Of a stretch of 39,439 nt of DNA, positions 1-12,223 are shown one piece after another. Each line of letters starts with the position of its first letter. Position 1 is the stretch's first letter. Source of the stretch: Octopus bimaculoides (lineage: Eukaryota); assembly GCF_001194135.2 (NCBI RefSeq), contig NC_069006.1:21496218-21535656 (forward strand), written 5' to 3'. A model generated the notes under the pieces. The model searched no databases, had not been told where the DNA came from, and saw only the letters and a program-made list of their open reading frames with translations. The position numbers and the translations under genes are program-made.

Positions 1-66
1 TAAATGTGAGACAAGTTGTGAGAGAATAGGACTCGATTACCGGAGGTAGAGTAATATGCTTCGTTA

Positions 67-214
67 TTAAAGCTGCAAAATCATCGCAAAAATATCACAA
101 AAAACTGCTACACAGAGTTTCACGTTCCCGTTCGTCCGACGGACGGGAACGTGGAACTCTGTGTAGCAGTATTTTTTTTTTTGTGATATCTTTGTGATGA
201 TTTTGCAGCTTTAA
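67..214. mobile_element. Fold-back (palindromic) MITE flanked by TTAA, possibly Kolobok-type non-autonomous DNA transposon
   Basis: 71-137 is the reverse complement of 141-210 (3 substitutions, 2 small bulges, 3-nt loop GAC). TTAA lies at 67-70 and 211-214, and the termini are 5'-AG...CT-3'. A TTAA target site with RR...YY termini is the Kolobok pattern; the superfamily call is inference. Confidence 0.6.
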
Positions 215-246
215 TAATTAAATATATATTTATATAAATATATTCA

Positions 247-282
247 CAGACAGACAGACAGACAGACAGACAGCTAGATAGC

Positions 283-334
<52 letters not shown>

Positions 335-335
335 G
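247..335 (+). repeat. Compound (CAGA)n/(TAGA)n microsatellite
   Basis: Direct inspection. Confidence 0.95.
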
Positions 336-965
336 AGTGACACAGAGAGAGAGATCAGAGAAGTAGAGTCTGAGAATTGTTCTGTAGTGTTCTATGACTG
401 AAATATAATCACGAAAGTCAGCCAACATGATGATTTCCTAGATTTTCTACATTTAAAGAATTACGGAAATGTTCCGTTCATTTCGTTTCACTTTTATAAC
501 GTATACAAGTCTATAACCAAGTCTATGACTTTCATTCGTTCTGTCTTATTGTATTGCTTCTCCTCTCCCTACCCCTCAAACTTTCTCCACCACCAATCAC
601 TCTCTATCTATCTATCTTTCTATCTTCCCCCCCTCTCTCTCTGTGTCTCTCTGTCTGTCTCCCTCTCTAATGATCATATATTATTCATGTATTACAGATA
701 TGGTTTCGTATTCCTGCGTCTCTCACGTCACCATCTTATCAATATTGCACGGTTCTTCAAAAGCAATAACTATTAGTACAACATTGAAACGACCACCACC
801 ACCAACAACAACAACAACAACAATGACAACATCAACAATAACATCGATAAAATACTAAAACAAAAAGAACAAAGAGCGCATCACGTTATATCCTTGTACT
901 TTACATGTGTCTTCATCATGTCGCTGTAGTTGGGATTTGACGCTTAACATATCTCTTAATTGTGG

Positions 966-1090
966 TGGTGCCTGGCTTAGTGGTTAGGGTGTTGGACTCA
1001 CGATTGTAAGATTGTGGTTTCGATTCCTGGACCGGGCGATGCGTTGTGCTCTTGAGCAAAACACTTCACTTCACGTTGCTCCATTCACAC
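966..1090 (+). mobile_element. tRNA-derived SINE family C, 5' head fragment
   Basis: A-box TGGCTTAGTGG at 973-983 and B-box-like GGTTTCGATTCC at 1016-1027. These are followed by GCGTTGTG.TCTTGAGCAA.ACACTT...TTCACGTTG, shared with the full copy at 35450-35780. Confidence 0.8.
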
Positions 1091-1234
1091 AAAACCATTG
1101 GTTGTCTTGTCAACCCTCAAATAAAGTATATCTATCCAGCAATGCGGTGTTGAGCACTCGTTCTCAGTGGTTGATATGAGCGTGTGTATATATATGTTTT
1201 AGATAGAAACAGAAAGAAACCTATCGTGCATATA

Positions 1235-1432
1235 TGTGTGTGTGTTTGTACCCACACCATCGCTTGACAACCGATGTTGGTGTATTCACGTCCCCTTAAC
1301 CTAGCGGTTCGGCAAAAGGTGTCAATAGAATAAGTACTAGGCTTACTAAGAATAAGTCCTGGGGATCAATTTGTTCGACTAAAGGCGGTGCTCCAGCATG
1401 GCCGCAATCAAAATGACTGAAACAAGTAAGAG
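1235..1432 (+). mobile_element. SINE family B, 3' half
   Basis: Shares TTGGTGT.TT.ACGTCC..GTAAC..AGCGGTTCGGCA...TAAGTAC...TTCGACTAAA...CCAGCATGGC.GCA...GACTGAAACAA with 25821-25987, and the tail with 9415-9475. Confidence 0.75.
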
Positions 1433-2211
1433 AATATATATACATATATATATATATANNNNNNNNNNNNNNNNNNNNNNNNNNNNNNNNNNNNNNNNNN
1501 NNNNNNNNNNNNNNNNNNNNNNNNNNNNNNNNNNNNNNNNNNNNNNNNNNNNNNNNNNNNNNNNNNNNNNNNNNNNNNNNNNNNNNNNNNNNNNNNNNNN
1601 NNNNNNNNNNNNNNNNNNNNNNNNNNNNNNNNNNNNNNNNNNNNNNNNNNNNNNNNNNNNNNNNNNNNNNNNNNNNNNNNNNNNNNNNNNNNNNNNNNNN
1701 NNNNNNNNNNNNNNNNNNNNNNNNNNNNNNNNNNNNNNNNNNNNNNNNNNNNNNNNNNNNNNNNNNNNNNNNNNNNNNNNNNNNNNNNNNNNNNNNNNNN
1801 NNNNNNNNNNNNNNNNNNNNNNNNNNNNNNNNNNNNNNNNNNNNNNNNNNNNNNNNNNNNNNNNNNNNNNNNNNNNNNNNNNNNNNNNNNNNNNNNNNNN
1901 NNNNNNNNNNNNNNNNNNNNNNNNNNNNNNNNNNNNNNNNNNNNNNNNNNNNNNNNNNNNNNNNNNNNNNNNNNNNNNNNNNNNNNNNNNNNNNNNNNNN
2001 NNNNNNNNNNNNNNNNNNNNNNNNNNNNNNNNNNNNNNNNNNNNNNNNNNNNNNNNNNNNNNNNNNNNNNAAAGGAAAACTATGACGTTTATTAGTTTCC
2101 AATAGGATGAATGATATAAGTGAGCTGAAATCAAAGACTTTGGGCTCGCGAATAGTTCTTCGCCTTCTATAACCTTTTGCTCTCCAGCGCTTGTCAGAAT
2201 GAAATTAGCAA

Positions 2212-2770
2212 ACACGAGCAACAATAACGAAGACGACGACGTTAGAAACACAAACAGTTTTCACAACAACAACATCGTTTTTAGTTTTGACCGTAATATG
2301 ATAACACTAGTCATGTTAATAATGGCTGCAACAACAGTATATAACAAAACAACTGTAACCTACAACAAACGACAAGGGTAATAACAAGAAGAAGAAATAC
2401 AAACAACAGGCTTAACAAAGATAATGGTAGCTACAACAACAATGATAATAACGAGGGCCAATAACAATGGCAACAAAAATAACTGTAAGGGGAAAAGGGA
2501 AACAGAAATAAGCGCCATAACAAAAATAACAATGACTATAACAGTACGATATGACAACAATAACAATAAGAATTTTACAAACGAAACATCATAGTTCTAA
2601 AAGCCAGTAAAACGATGGGGATAACGATAATTATGAAGAGTGTTACAAGATGAAAAAGTATAACCAAAAAAAGGCCCAAACAACGTTGATAAAAAATAAA
2701 TGATAATAAGAAGAACATGAAGAATTTTAAGTTGATTTCAGCAAAAATTAACAAAACGTAAAATAATGAC
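2212..2770 (+). repeat. Degenerate (AAC/AAT)n low-complexity tract
   Basis: A-rich trinucleotide periodicity throughout. Confidence 0.8.
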
Positions 2771-2949
2771 AATTACAAAAATATCAAGATGAGGCAAACG
2801 TGAAGAGCAAAACATTGGTTGTGTGTGATACATAGAGCGTCACTAAATGAACTAATCGAGGTTTGAACCTGTGACCTAGCATATCAATCTTTTACTGCCT
2901 GATTTTTCTAAATTAAATAAAACTTGTAAATAATTTTGCATTTTAAATC

Positions 2950-3339
2950 TGTGCGTGTGTGTATGTGTGTGTGTGTGTGTGTGTATATGTGCGTGTATTC
3001 GCGCATCAGTGTGTCTGTATGTGTGTGTGAGTGTAGCTGCTTGCATTTGTATGTATGTGTATATGCATATGTGCGTGAATGTGTGTATGAGTGTGTATGT
3101 TTTGTGTGTATGTGTGTGTGTGTGTGTGCATACGTGGCTATATGTGTGTGTTCATATGTATTTATATGTATCTATTTGTGTATTTTATTTGTAGTTATAT
3201 ATGTGTGTGTATGTGTCTTTGTGTGCACGTGTATGGTTGTATACACGTGTATGTATGTGTATACACGCATATGAGAGGGTGCGTATTTATATGTGTATAT
3301 GTGCAAATATCGCGTATGTGTATATGTGTGTATATATAT
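2950..3339 (+). repeat. Degenerate (GT/AT)n dinucleotide tract running into an N-gap
   Basis: Direct inspection. Confidence 0.9.
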
Positions 3340-3836
3340 NNNNNNNNNNNNNNNNNNNNNNNNNNNNNNNNNNNNNNNNNNNNNNNNNNNNNNNNNNNNN
3401 NNNNNNNNNNNNNNNNNNNNNNNNNNNNNNNNNNNNNNNNNNNNNNNNNNNNNNNNNNNNNNNNNNNNNNNNNNNNNNNNNNNNNNNNNNNNNNNNNNNN
3501 NNNNNNNNNNNNNNNNNNNNNNNNNNNNNNNNNNNNNNNNNNNNNNNNNNNNNNNNNNNNNNNNNNNNNNNNNNNNNNNNNNNNNNNNNNNNNNNNNNNN
3601 NNNNNNNNNNNNNNNNNNNNNNNNNNNNNNNNNNNNNNNNNNNNNNNNNNNNNNNNNNNNNNNNNNNNNNNNNNNNNNNNNNNNNNNNNNNNNNNNNNNN
3701 NNNNNNNNNNNNNNNNNNNNNNNNNNNNNNNNNNNNNNNNNNNNNNNNNNNNNNNNNNNNNNNNNNNNNNNNNNNNNNNNNNNNNNNNNNNNNNNNNNNN
3801 NNNNNNNNNNNNNNNNNNNNNNNNNNNNNNNNNNNN

Positions 3837-3913
3837 GCCTGGTCTGGGAATCGAAACCGCGATCCTACGATCGCGAGTCCGCTGCCCTAACCACTGGGCC
3901 ATTGCGCCTCCAC
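3837..3913 (-). mobile_element. tRNA-like SINE head (family C-related), rest of element in the gap
   Basis: Minus strand reads GGCGCAATGGCCCAGTGGTTAGGGCAGCGGACTCGCGATCGTAGGATCGCGGTTTCGATTCCCAGACCAGGC: A-box, B-box, collinear with the head at 966-1035. The body runs into the N-gap at 3340-3836. Confidence 0.75.
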
Positions 3914-3919
3914 ATATTT

Positions 3920-4342
3920 ATATGTATATATATGTTGTGTGCATGTTGTGTGCATACGTAGGTGCATGAACATATGAGTGCGTATACGTATTCGTGTGTG
4001 TGTGTGGGTGTGTGTGTGTGTGTGTGTGTACGAGTGTATGTGTGTACATGGGAGTATATTTATGTAAGTGCGTGTATTTATATGCATATGTATGAATACG
4101 GGTGAGTCAGGATGTATATGTGAAATTATGAGTTGAAATTGTGTGTATGCGTGTGTGTGTACGTATGTATGTATGTATGTATGTATGCATGTATGTATGT
4201 ATGTATGTATGTGTGTATGTATGTGTGTGTGTGTGCATGTGTATGTGACTATATGTGTGTGTGTATGTATCTGCAAATCTGGGTGTATTCATTTGTATAT
4301 GTATAGGCTCGTGTATTTGTGTGTGTGTGTGTGTGTGTGTGT
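3920..4342 (+). repeat. Degenerate (GT)n/(ATGT)n tract
   Basis: Direct inspection. Confidence 0.9.
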
Positions 4343-5123
4343 CTGCTTCCAGTCTTAATTACATACTGCTTATTAGATTTTTTCCCTAAATATCCATCAT
4401 TCCCTCTCTCTCTCTCNNNNNNNNNNNNNNNNNNNNNNNNNNNNNNNNNNNNNNNNNNNNNNNNNNNNNNNNNNNNNNNNNNNNNNNNNNNNNNNNNNNN
4501 NNNNNNNNNNNNNNNNNNNNNNNNNNNNNNNNNNNNNNNNNNNNNNNNNNNNNNNNNNNNNNNNNNNNNNNNNNNNNNNNNNNNNNNNNNNNNNNNNNNN
4601 NNNNNNNNNNNNNNNNNNNNNNNNNNNNNNNNNNNNNNNNNNNNNNNNNNNNNNNNNNNNNNNNNNNNNNNNNNNNNNNNNNNNNNNNNNNNNNNNNNNN
4701 NNNNNNNNNNNNNNNNNNNNNNNNNNNNNNNNNNNNNNNNNNNNNNNNNNNNNNNNNNNNNNNNNNNNNNNNNNNNNNNNNNNNNNNNNNNNNNNNNNNN
4801 NNNNNNNNNNNNNNNNNNNNNNNNNNNNNNNNNNNNNNNNNNNNNNNNNNNNNNNNNNNNNNNNNNNNNNNNNNNNNNNNNNNNNNNNNNNNNNNNNNNN
4901 NNNNNNNNNNNNNNNNNNNNNNNNNNNNNNNNNNNNNNNNNNNNNNNNNNNNNNNNNNNNNNNNNNNNNNNNNNNNNNNNNNNNNNNNNNNNNNNNNNNN
5001 NNNNNNNNNNNNNNNNNNNNNNNNNNNNNNNNNNNNNNNNNNNNNNNNNNNNNNNNNNNNNNNNNNNNNNNNNNNNNNNNNNNNNNNNNNNNNNNNNNNN
5101 NNNNNNNNNNNNNNNNNNNNNNN

Positions 5124-5186
<63 letters not shown>

Positions 5187-5655
5187 CTCCAATATTTTGA
5201 TTTAGAACTTTTCTTTTTATCCCACATTTACTCACTGATAGACACACACAACATACACAAACATACACATAGAAACACACTCACGTACATCTATACATAT
5301 AAATACATGTATTTGTGTTTGTGTGTGCGGTACAAACTTGCAATTCAACTCAAGCATGTTTGTGGCATATTTGACCTGTAGAAAAGCCCATTTTCACTGC
5401 AGCTTGCCATGGAAAAAATTCTCGCTTTCGGTAATAGGCGTCAAAACACCACCAGTCGTCTCACTATAATTAAAGAACGAAGTTTATTACAGAAGATAGA
5501 GATAATAATGTGTATTTCCCCCCGTAATTGCTGTGTATTTTCGTCATCCTCTTCAGTGGTTCTACCACTGAACTATGAAATGAAAAAAAAATGTTGTGCG
5601 AAGAATAAATATAAATGAACAATTTACCAGTGCACAAGATATACATATATATGTA

Positions 5656-5688
<33 letters not shown>

Positions 5689-5920
5689 GCATATATATGT
5701 ATAAATATATGTGTGCGTCTGTATATATGTATATACTCACACATACGTACAACGAAGTTTTATTATTATAGGAAATAAAATAAACGTTGTTGCAAATTTT
5801 CTTCCATCAGGGGTTGAACACGTGAGCCTCTTTATTATTAATACGTGATAAAAAAAAATCTGTGATAAGAAAACATGCAAGCAAACGGAACGTGTGTGTG
5901 TGTGTGTGTGNNNNNNNNNN

Positions 5921-5966
<46 letters not shown>

Positions 5967-5968
<2 letters not shown>

Positions 5969-6190
5969 CAGAATCGTTAGCACACTGGACGAAACGCTGA
6001 GCGGTAGCATGCGAAATGCGTAGCCCGTAGCTACGTTCTGAGTTCAAATTCCGCCGATGTCGACTTTGCATTTCATCCCTTTCGAGGTCGATAAATTAAA
6101 TACCAGTGAAACACTGTGGTCGATGTTAATCGCTTAGTCCCCTCCCCCCAAATATCAGGCTTTGTTCCTTTAATAGAAGGGATTATTAAT
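5967..6190 (+). mobile_element. tRNA-derived SINE family A, near full length
   Basis: GGCAGAATCGTTAGCAC head, B-box GAGTTCAAATTCC, central TTTCATCC.TTTCG.GGTCGATAAATTAA.TACCAGT domain and GATTATT tail; homologous to more than 10 other copies in the window. Confidence 0.9.
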
Positions 6191-6232
6191 AGCCTTATAT
6201 AAACACGCAGCTACAGATGTACGGAGATGAAA

Positions 6233-6300
6233 ATTTCACGAGCAGGTTGTTCCGTTGGTCGGATCAGCTGGAACCCACATCGTCGTAATCGACCGAATGC
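6233..6300 (+). mobile_element. SINE family C 3' end fragment
   Basis: ATTTCACGAGCAGGTTGTTCCGTTGGTCGGATCAGCTGGAACCCACATCGTCGTAATCGAC aligns to 35708-35772. Confidence 0.75.
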
Positions 6301-6709
6301 TAGACGGAAAGGGAGAGAAAGCAGTAGAACAATAAAAAAAAATACTATCACGCAGTTAATTAAAATTAATAGTTTAGTTGAAAACAAAACAAAAAACGAA
6401 AATCACACATAGATAAAAAATTTTTTAAATATATCTTAAAATTTTAATTTTTAAAGATTTTCTAAACTATAAAGACATTAATTATTGCTTCCTTTTAGTA
6501 AATGTTACATTATTCTAATTAATTAATAAGCAGTTTTCTCCGTTCTTGTAGAGTTTACAAAATGGCAGCTCACGTGAAAGTCATGCTGATTTTATGCTTT
6601 CTTTATTTGTCTCTTTTTTTTCCGAGTTGGTCTTCTAAAATTATTCGGTTTGTTTTTCTAAGGTTACAATGCATCTCCAGAAATCCCTGTGTCTGTCCAA
6701 TGAATTTTC

Positions 6710-6750
6710 ATAAGTTTATCTTAAAGTTCCATGCTTGTTGTCAGACTTTT
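6710..6750 (+). repeat. Unclassified dispersed repeat, copy 1
   Basis: 35/41 identity, ungapped, to 8848-8888. Confidence 0.55.
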
Positions 6751-7356
6751 ACACCCTCCCCTCAGAATTGCTGGCTTTGTACCAAATAAGAATTTATTCA
6801 TCTGCCTGAAAATGAAAAATATAGAGAAAAAAAATATAGTGTAGTCACGGCTGGAGCCTTTTTGATCATATATCTGCTGAAACAGAACTGTCTTAANNNN
6901 NNNNNNNNNNNNNNNNNNNNNNNNNNNNNNNNNNNNNNNNNNNNNNNNNNNNNNNNNNNNNNNNNNNNNNNNNNNNNNNNNNNNNNNNNNNNNNNNNNNN
7001 NNNNNNNNNNNNNNNNNNNNNNNNNNNNNNNNNNNNNNNNNNNNNNNNNNNNNNNNNNNNNNNNNNNNNNNNNNNNNNNNNNNNNNNNNNNNNNNNNNNN
7101 NNNNNNNNNNNNNNNNNNNNNNNNNNNNNNNNNNNNNNNNNNNNNNNNNNNNNNNNNNNNNNNNNNNNNNNNNNNNNNNNNNNNNNNNNNNNNNNNNNNN
7201 NNNNNNNNNNNNNNNNNNNNNNNNNNNNNNNNNNNNNNNNNNNNNNNNNNNNNNNNNNNNNNNNNNNNNNNNNNNNNNNNNNNNNNNNNNNNNNNNNNNN
7301 NNNNNNNNNNNNNNNNNNNNNNNNNNNNNNNNNNNNNNNNNNNNNNNNNNNNNNNN

Positions 7357-7566
7357 TTTCTACTATAGGCACAAGGCCTGGATTTTTGGGAAGGGGACGG
7401 TCGATTACATCGAACCCAGTGTTTCACTGGTACTTAATTTATCGACCTCGAAAGGATGAAAGGAAAAGTCGACTTTGGTGGAATTTGAACTCAGAACGTC
7501 GCGACTGGCGAAATACCGCTCAGCACTTCGTCCAGCGCGCTAACGATTCTGCTAGCATGCCGCCTT
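7357..7566 (-). mobile_element. SINE family A, full length
   Basis: Reverse complement of the family A consensus, from the AAGGCGG head to the CCTATAGTAGAAA 3' end. Confidence 0.9.
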
Positions 7567-7574
7567 AACAATAA

Positions 7575-7796
7575 GGATTATAATTTCAAATTTTGGCACA
7601 AGGCCTGCAATTTTAGAAAAAATTGGTAAGTCGATTACATCAACCTCATCACTCGGTTGATATTTAGTTTATCGATCCCGAAAGGATGAATGGCAAAGTT
7701 GACCTCAGCGGAATTTGAACTTGGAACTTAAAGACGGACGAAATACCACTAAACATTCCGTCCAGCGTGCTAACAATTCTGCCTACACACCGCCTA
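7575..7796 (-). mobile_element. SINE family A, older full-length copy, tandem with 7357-7566
   Basis: Same modules with more divergence; same orientation and directly adjacent. Confidence 0.85.
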
Positions 7797-8036
7797 AATG
7801 AGTATCAGAAATAATTTTTAAAAATAACCCCACGGTGTATCTACTCAAAAAAAGTTCCTTTTTTCCAGACACCCACCCGGCCAATTATCTTCTCTTCTTC
7901 ATCTTCCTACTCATCTTCATCGTTTTCTGTTTATCTCTTTTGATTCTGGTCTTTTCTTCTTTTTTCTTATCTCTTTCTCCTAATCTTTCTCTTTTTATCT
8001 CTTTGGATTCATTCGAGATGTTTTCATAATTCTCTT

Positions 8037-8570
8037 ATCATTTTTTACTTCTCTCTCCCTCTCACACACACACACACACACACACACACATTTTGATCCC
8101 CTTTTATAACTAGCTCTCTTTCCTAACTCTCTCTCTCTTTCTGTCTTCCCTTCTCTTTATTTCTTCATTTTTCTATCCTCCTCTCATAATTTCTCTTTCT
8201 TTCTGTCTCTCACGCGCGCTTTCTATCTCTCTCCCTTTGTCTCTCTCTCTCTCTCTCTTTCAGTCACTTCTTCACTTTATCTCTCCCTCTCGCTCTCTCT
8301 ATCCTCCTCTCTTAATCTCTCTTACATCCCCCTCTTTCTCTCTCTCCCTTTTTCTCTGTCACTCCTTTTGTCTCTCTTTCTCCCACTATCTTTCTCACTC
8401 TCTATTTCTCTCGCTCTCTTTTACCCTCTTTCTATCTTCCTCTTTCTTCATCTCCCCTCTCTCTCTCTCCAATACTCTGTTGTCATTTTCTCATTATCCA
8501 ACCCACTCTTTCCCTCTCACTTTCACAGTATCTCACCCTCTCCCTACTTCTCTCTCTCCCTCTCTCTTCC
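8037..8570 (+). repeat. Polypyrimidine (CT)-rich low-complexity tract with (CA)n
   Basis: Direct inspection. Confidence 0.85.
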
Positions 8571-8818
8571 ACCCACATATGTTAACAACTACACCACATA
8601 TTTTGTCCACAAAAATATTACATATTAACCAGAAACATTGCAACAATCCTTTTAATTTATTCATAACATTAAAAGCATTAAAACAATTTCCAGGAAGCGA
8701 AATTGATGAGGTTCCAAGTCAAATGTTAATATTATTCCATCTTTTTCTTCTCTTCCATAATTTTATGTTCGCTTCTGCTTGTGTTCATACTACAGGGGAT
8801 CCGATTTCGATTCCCCGT

Positions 8819-8888
8819 TTAACCCTTTGCCTCACCAAAGCACTTTTATAAGTTTGTCCTAAACGTCCATGCTTGTTTTCAGATTTTT
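8819..8888 (+). repeat. Unclassified dispersed repeat, copy 2, preceded by TTAACCCTT (piggyBac-like terminus)
   Basis: 35/41 identity of 8848-8888 to 6710-6750; TTAACCCTTT at 8819-8828. No clear matching right terminus. Confidence 0.4.
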
Positions 8889-9414
8889 AAGTAAGCCGTT
8901 CTTTCATACGTTCTGCGTAATATAAAGTTTTCCTCTCATAAGTCCTAAGTTACTTTGGTGGTTGGAAAAAATTAGAAATATGTATCAAGTATGATGAATG
9001 TATTCCACACAAAAGGCTAAGAGGGATTGTAATTGTTTTATCCAATATAGAAATGACTTCAAGTCTCTTTGTTTTTTCTTTAGAATGAGTTAGCGGATTC
9101 TTTGTTTCGTTGTCTATATTGCGGGATCACTATTATTGATATATTGGATCAAACAATATTATCCTTGCTAACGAATGGGCGCAGCTGTTTGGATGCTGAG
9201 GATTTGGCGCGGCTTATTGTACTTTTTAGCACTAGTGGCAAATACACACACACACACTTTCTTTCTCTCTCTCACCTCTCTCTCTCTCTCGCTCTCTTAC
9301 GCACAAAATTTTCATATGCATAAAGAGAAATACGCTCACACATATAAGCAGTGAGAGAGAGGGGGGAGAGAGAAATAAAAGTAGGAAAGGAGAGAGAGAG
9401 AGAGACAATTCTTC

Positions 9415-9475
9415 TGGACGATGCCCCAGCATGGCTACAGTCTAAAGGCTGAAACAAGTAAAAGATGGATGATAC
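9415..9475 (+). mobile_element. SINE family B 3' tail fragment
   Basis: CCCCAGCATGGCTACAGTCTAAAGGCTGAAACAAGTAAAAGA matches the tails at 1392-1432 and 25938-25980. Confidence 0.65.
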
Positions 9476-9712
9476 AAGATGTATGCACCCCACCTAACAA
9501 AAGCATACCACAAAACACCTCCACTATATTTCACATAACACTGAATATCACCTGACTAAGCAAGTGTGAGTTACAACTTAACTACCAGGCGGTCGTCTCG
9601 TCCGGTCCCTTCGTTGTCCATCGTGTCTTTCCGCTCCTCTTCGGTTATCATAAAACTTATTTCAAGTACGATGTGAAGCAAAAAGGAGGAAGATAGACCG
9701 AAAGGTCGACAT

Positions 9713-9780
<68 letters not shown>
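9713..9780 (+). repeat. (ATAG)n microsatellite
   Basis: Direct inspection. Confidence 0.95.
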
Positions 9781-10707
9781 GGAGACATTGATGCATGTGT
9801 GTATTTATGCATGTGTGTATGTGTGTGTGTGTGTGTGTATTTGTATGCCTAGATAGGAAGAGAGACAGATACGTGTATTTACATGTATGTATGCATGTAT
9901 CTAGATAGATAGACAGACAGAAAGTTTCTTTTGCAAGGTCTATTGCCGAGGGGAACGAGACAGGCTAGTCTCGGTGTCAAGTTGCTAGTTTACTCAAACC
10001 GTTTCAGGCCGAGACGTGTTAAAGTATTCGTCTGATTCCAATCCATTCTAAGAACGTCAAAACTTAAACCCAAGTGACTATTATTCCATTCGGTCAACGC
10101 TTCATTCTCATTAGGATTAAATTTGACATAGTTCTCTCCCTTGGGAGAGCTCTTTGTCTTGTTCAGTTTGATTTATGTCTTTAACGTCATGTCTTCATTC
10201 TTATTTATTTCTTTTATTTCTCGTTTGTTTTTCTTTATCGTTTTTGTTAAATTATTAGCCGACAGACCAAAGGTGTTAACCGGTGTGTTCTGGCAAAACA
10301 TCTATTGCATTATCATTCTCGCAGCTGCTGATAGTAGCTGTAGATGTTGATTAGCTCCACATCAAGCTTCATCAGGCCGACCTGTGGTTAAATGTGTCGA
10401 TTTAGAGGTGGTGTTTTGGACTACACTGTTTATTATACATAATGTGTATCACTTCCATTTTGAATGAGGTGGGATGCTATTTGTGAGTGACTTGGAACTG
10501 TTACTGGTCAAGTAACCCATTCTTATTCAGAGAATGTTTTTAACCAATTACTTCAAAACATATTTATTTACGCTGACGTTACTCCTTGACTTAAAATGAA
10601 GAAAATCATAGATACTTTGAATGAAAAATATTTATTTAATCTATTTATATGAATCTATTTACACGCCCATTACATTGGACAGATGCAGTGTTGTTAGAAG
10701 ACAATTT

Positions 10708-10780
10708 TCTTTTCAACTCTAGGCACAAGGTCCGAAATTTTTGGAGAGGGGGCTAGTCGATTAGATCGACCCCAGTACGC
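10708..10780 (-). mobile_element. SINE family A 3' fragment
   Basis: AGGCACAAGGTCCGAAATTTT...CTAGTCGATTAGATCGACCCCAGT is the reverse complement of the family A 3' end. Confidence 0.8.
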
Positions 10781-11459
10781 ATCTTTTCATACATATGCAC
10801 ACACATACATTTATAGTTACATAAGGCTGCAGCAAAGAGAATTACATATTTGACCCTTTTTCCGGACATCTCGGATTCGTCACCCAACTGGTTATGAAAC
10901 AGCTGTAAACAAATGGAATTAAATCTTACTTTGCCGCTCACTTCTCCTGGATTTTAATGACTCCCCTCTCTCTCTCTCTCTCNNNNNNNNNNNNNNNNNN
11001 NNNNNNNNNNNNNNNNNNNNNNNNNNNNNNNNNNNNNNNNNNNNNNNNNNNNNNNNNNNNNNNNNNNNNNNNNNNNNNNNNNNNNNNNNNNNNNNNNNNN
11101 NNNNNNNNNNNNNNNNNNNNNNNNNNNNNNNNNNNNNNNNNNNNNNNNNNNNNNNNNNNNNNNNNNNNNNNNNNNNNNNNNNNNNNNNNNTATATATATA
11201 TATATATATATATTATACACATATATATATACACACAAACACATATAATCACACACCGCAGATGCCTTCAAAGTAAATAGACACTTCTCATTATACCATT
11301 TTTTTATGTGGACACTACTCATTAGTACGATGCACAAATGAGCTAAATTATTAAAAACTGCACAATGCATCTCTACTAAATAATAGATTAAGTGTTTAGA
11401 TGCATCAGTTCATTTTATTTTGTTTCTAGAAATGAATATTTCGAAACTGTGTTTGAGAG

Positions 11460-11514
11460 ATGGATGGATGGATAGATGGATGGATGGATGGATAGGGAGA
11501 CGGATAGATAGATG

Positions 11515-11571
<57 letters not shown>

Positions 11572-11623
11572 CATTATTGGCCACGCAAGGCTGAACACAG
11601 AGGGAACAAATACAAATGTAGAG

Positions 11624-11670
<47 letters not shown>
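11460..11670 (+). repeat. (GATG)n/(GATA)n microsatellites
   Basis: Direct inspection. Confidence 0.9.
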
Positions 11671-12177
11671 TGAATGGATGGTTGGGCAGATAGATCGTGA
11701 ATGTGTGTGTGTAGTCGAATGTTTTTGTAGCCTTGTGCTTTTATTCTAAAAATCAATGCTTATGGTATCATATGTATCTGGTCAATTATTATTATTTATA
11801 TTAATTTTGCTTGAATATTATTTATATATTTATACATTTTAACGCCATTGAGCTTGTTTTTGGAGAAATTTGTTTCAAAAACACACACATGCATACTTAC
11901 ATTCATACATACACCCAAATTCGTATAAACGTGTGTGTGTGTGTTTATGATTTTTGTGTGTGACTATGAAACAGAAAAAAAAGCATCCTCCATATCGACG
12001 TATTCAAAATCAAAAGCCGGCCGACTGTATAATATATTGCAGTATTACTGACACCTCTCTTTTGCTGGAGAATCTATGGCGCAATGAGTTACGTGATTTT
12101 GTGTTTGGTTGTTTTGTTAGCTTCGTTTTATTTTTATATATATATATATGTGTGTGTGTGTATAAATCTGCATACAT

Positions 12178-12223
<46 letters not shown>

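Noticed and set aside
3837-3913. Possible genuine tRNA gene
   Set aside because: It has A and B boxes, but it is collinear with SINE family C heads elsewhere in the window and I could not build a canonical acceptor stem; treated as a SINE head. tRNAscan-SE would settle it.
5552-5572. 9-bp stem hairpin TTCAGTGGT-TCT-ACCACTGAA
   Set aside because: Isolated and short; expected occasionally by chance in 30 kb, with no supporting context.
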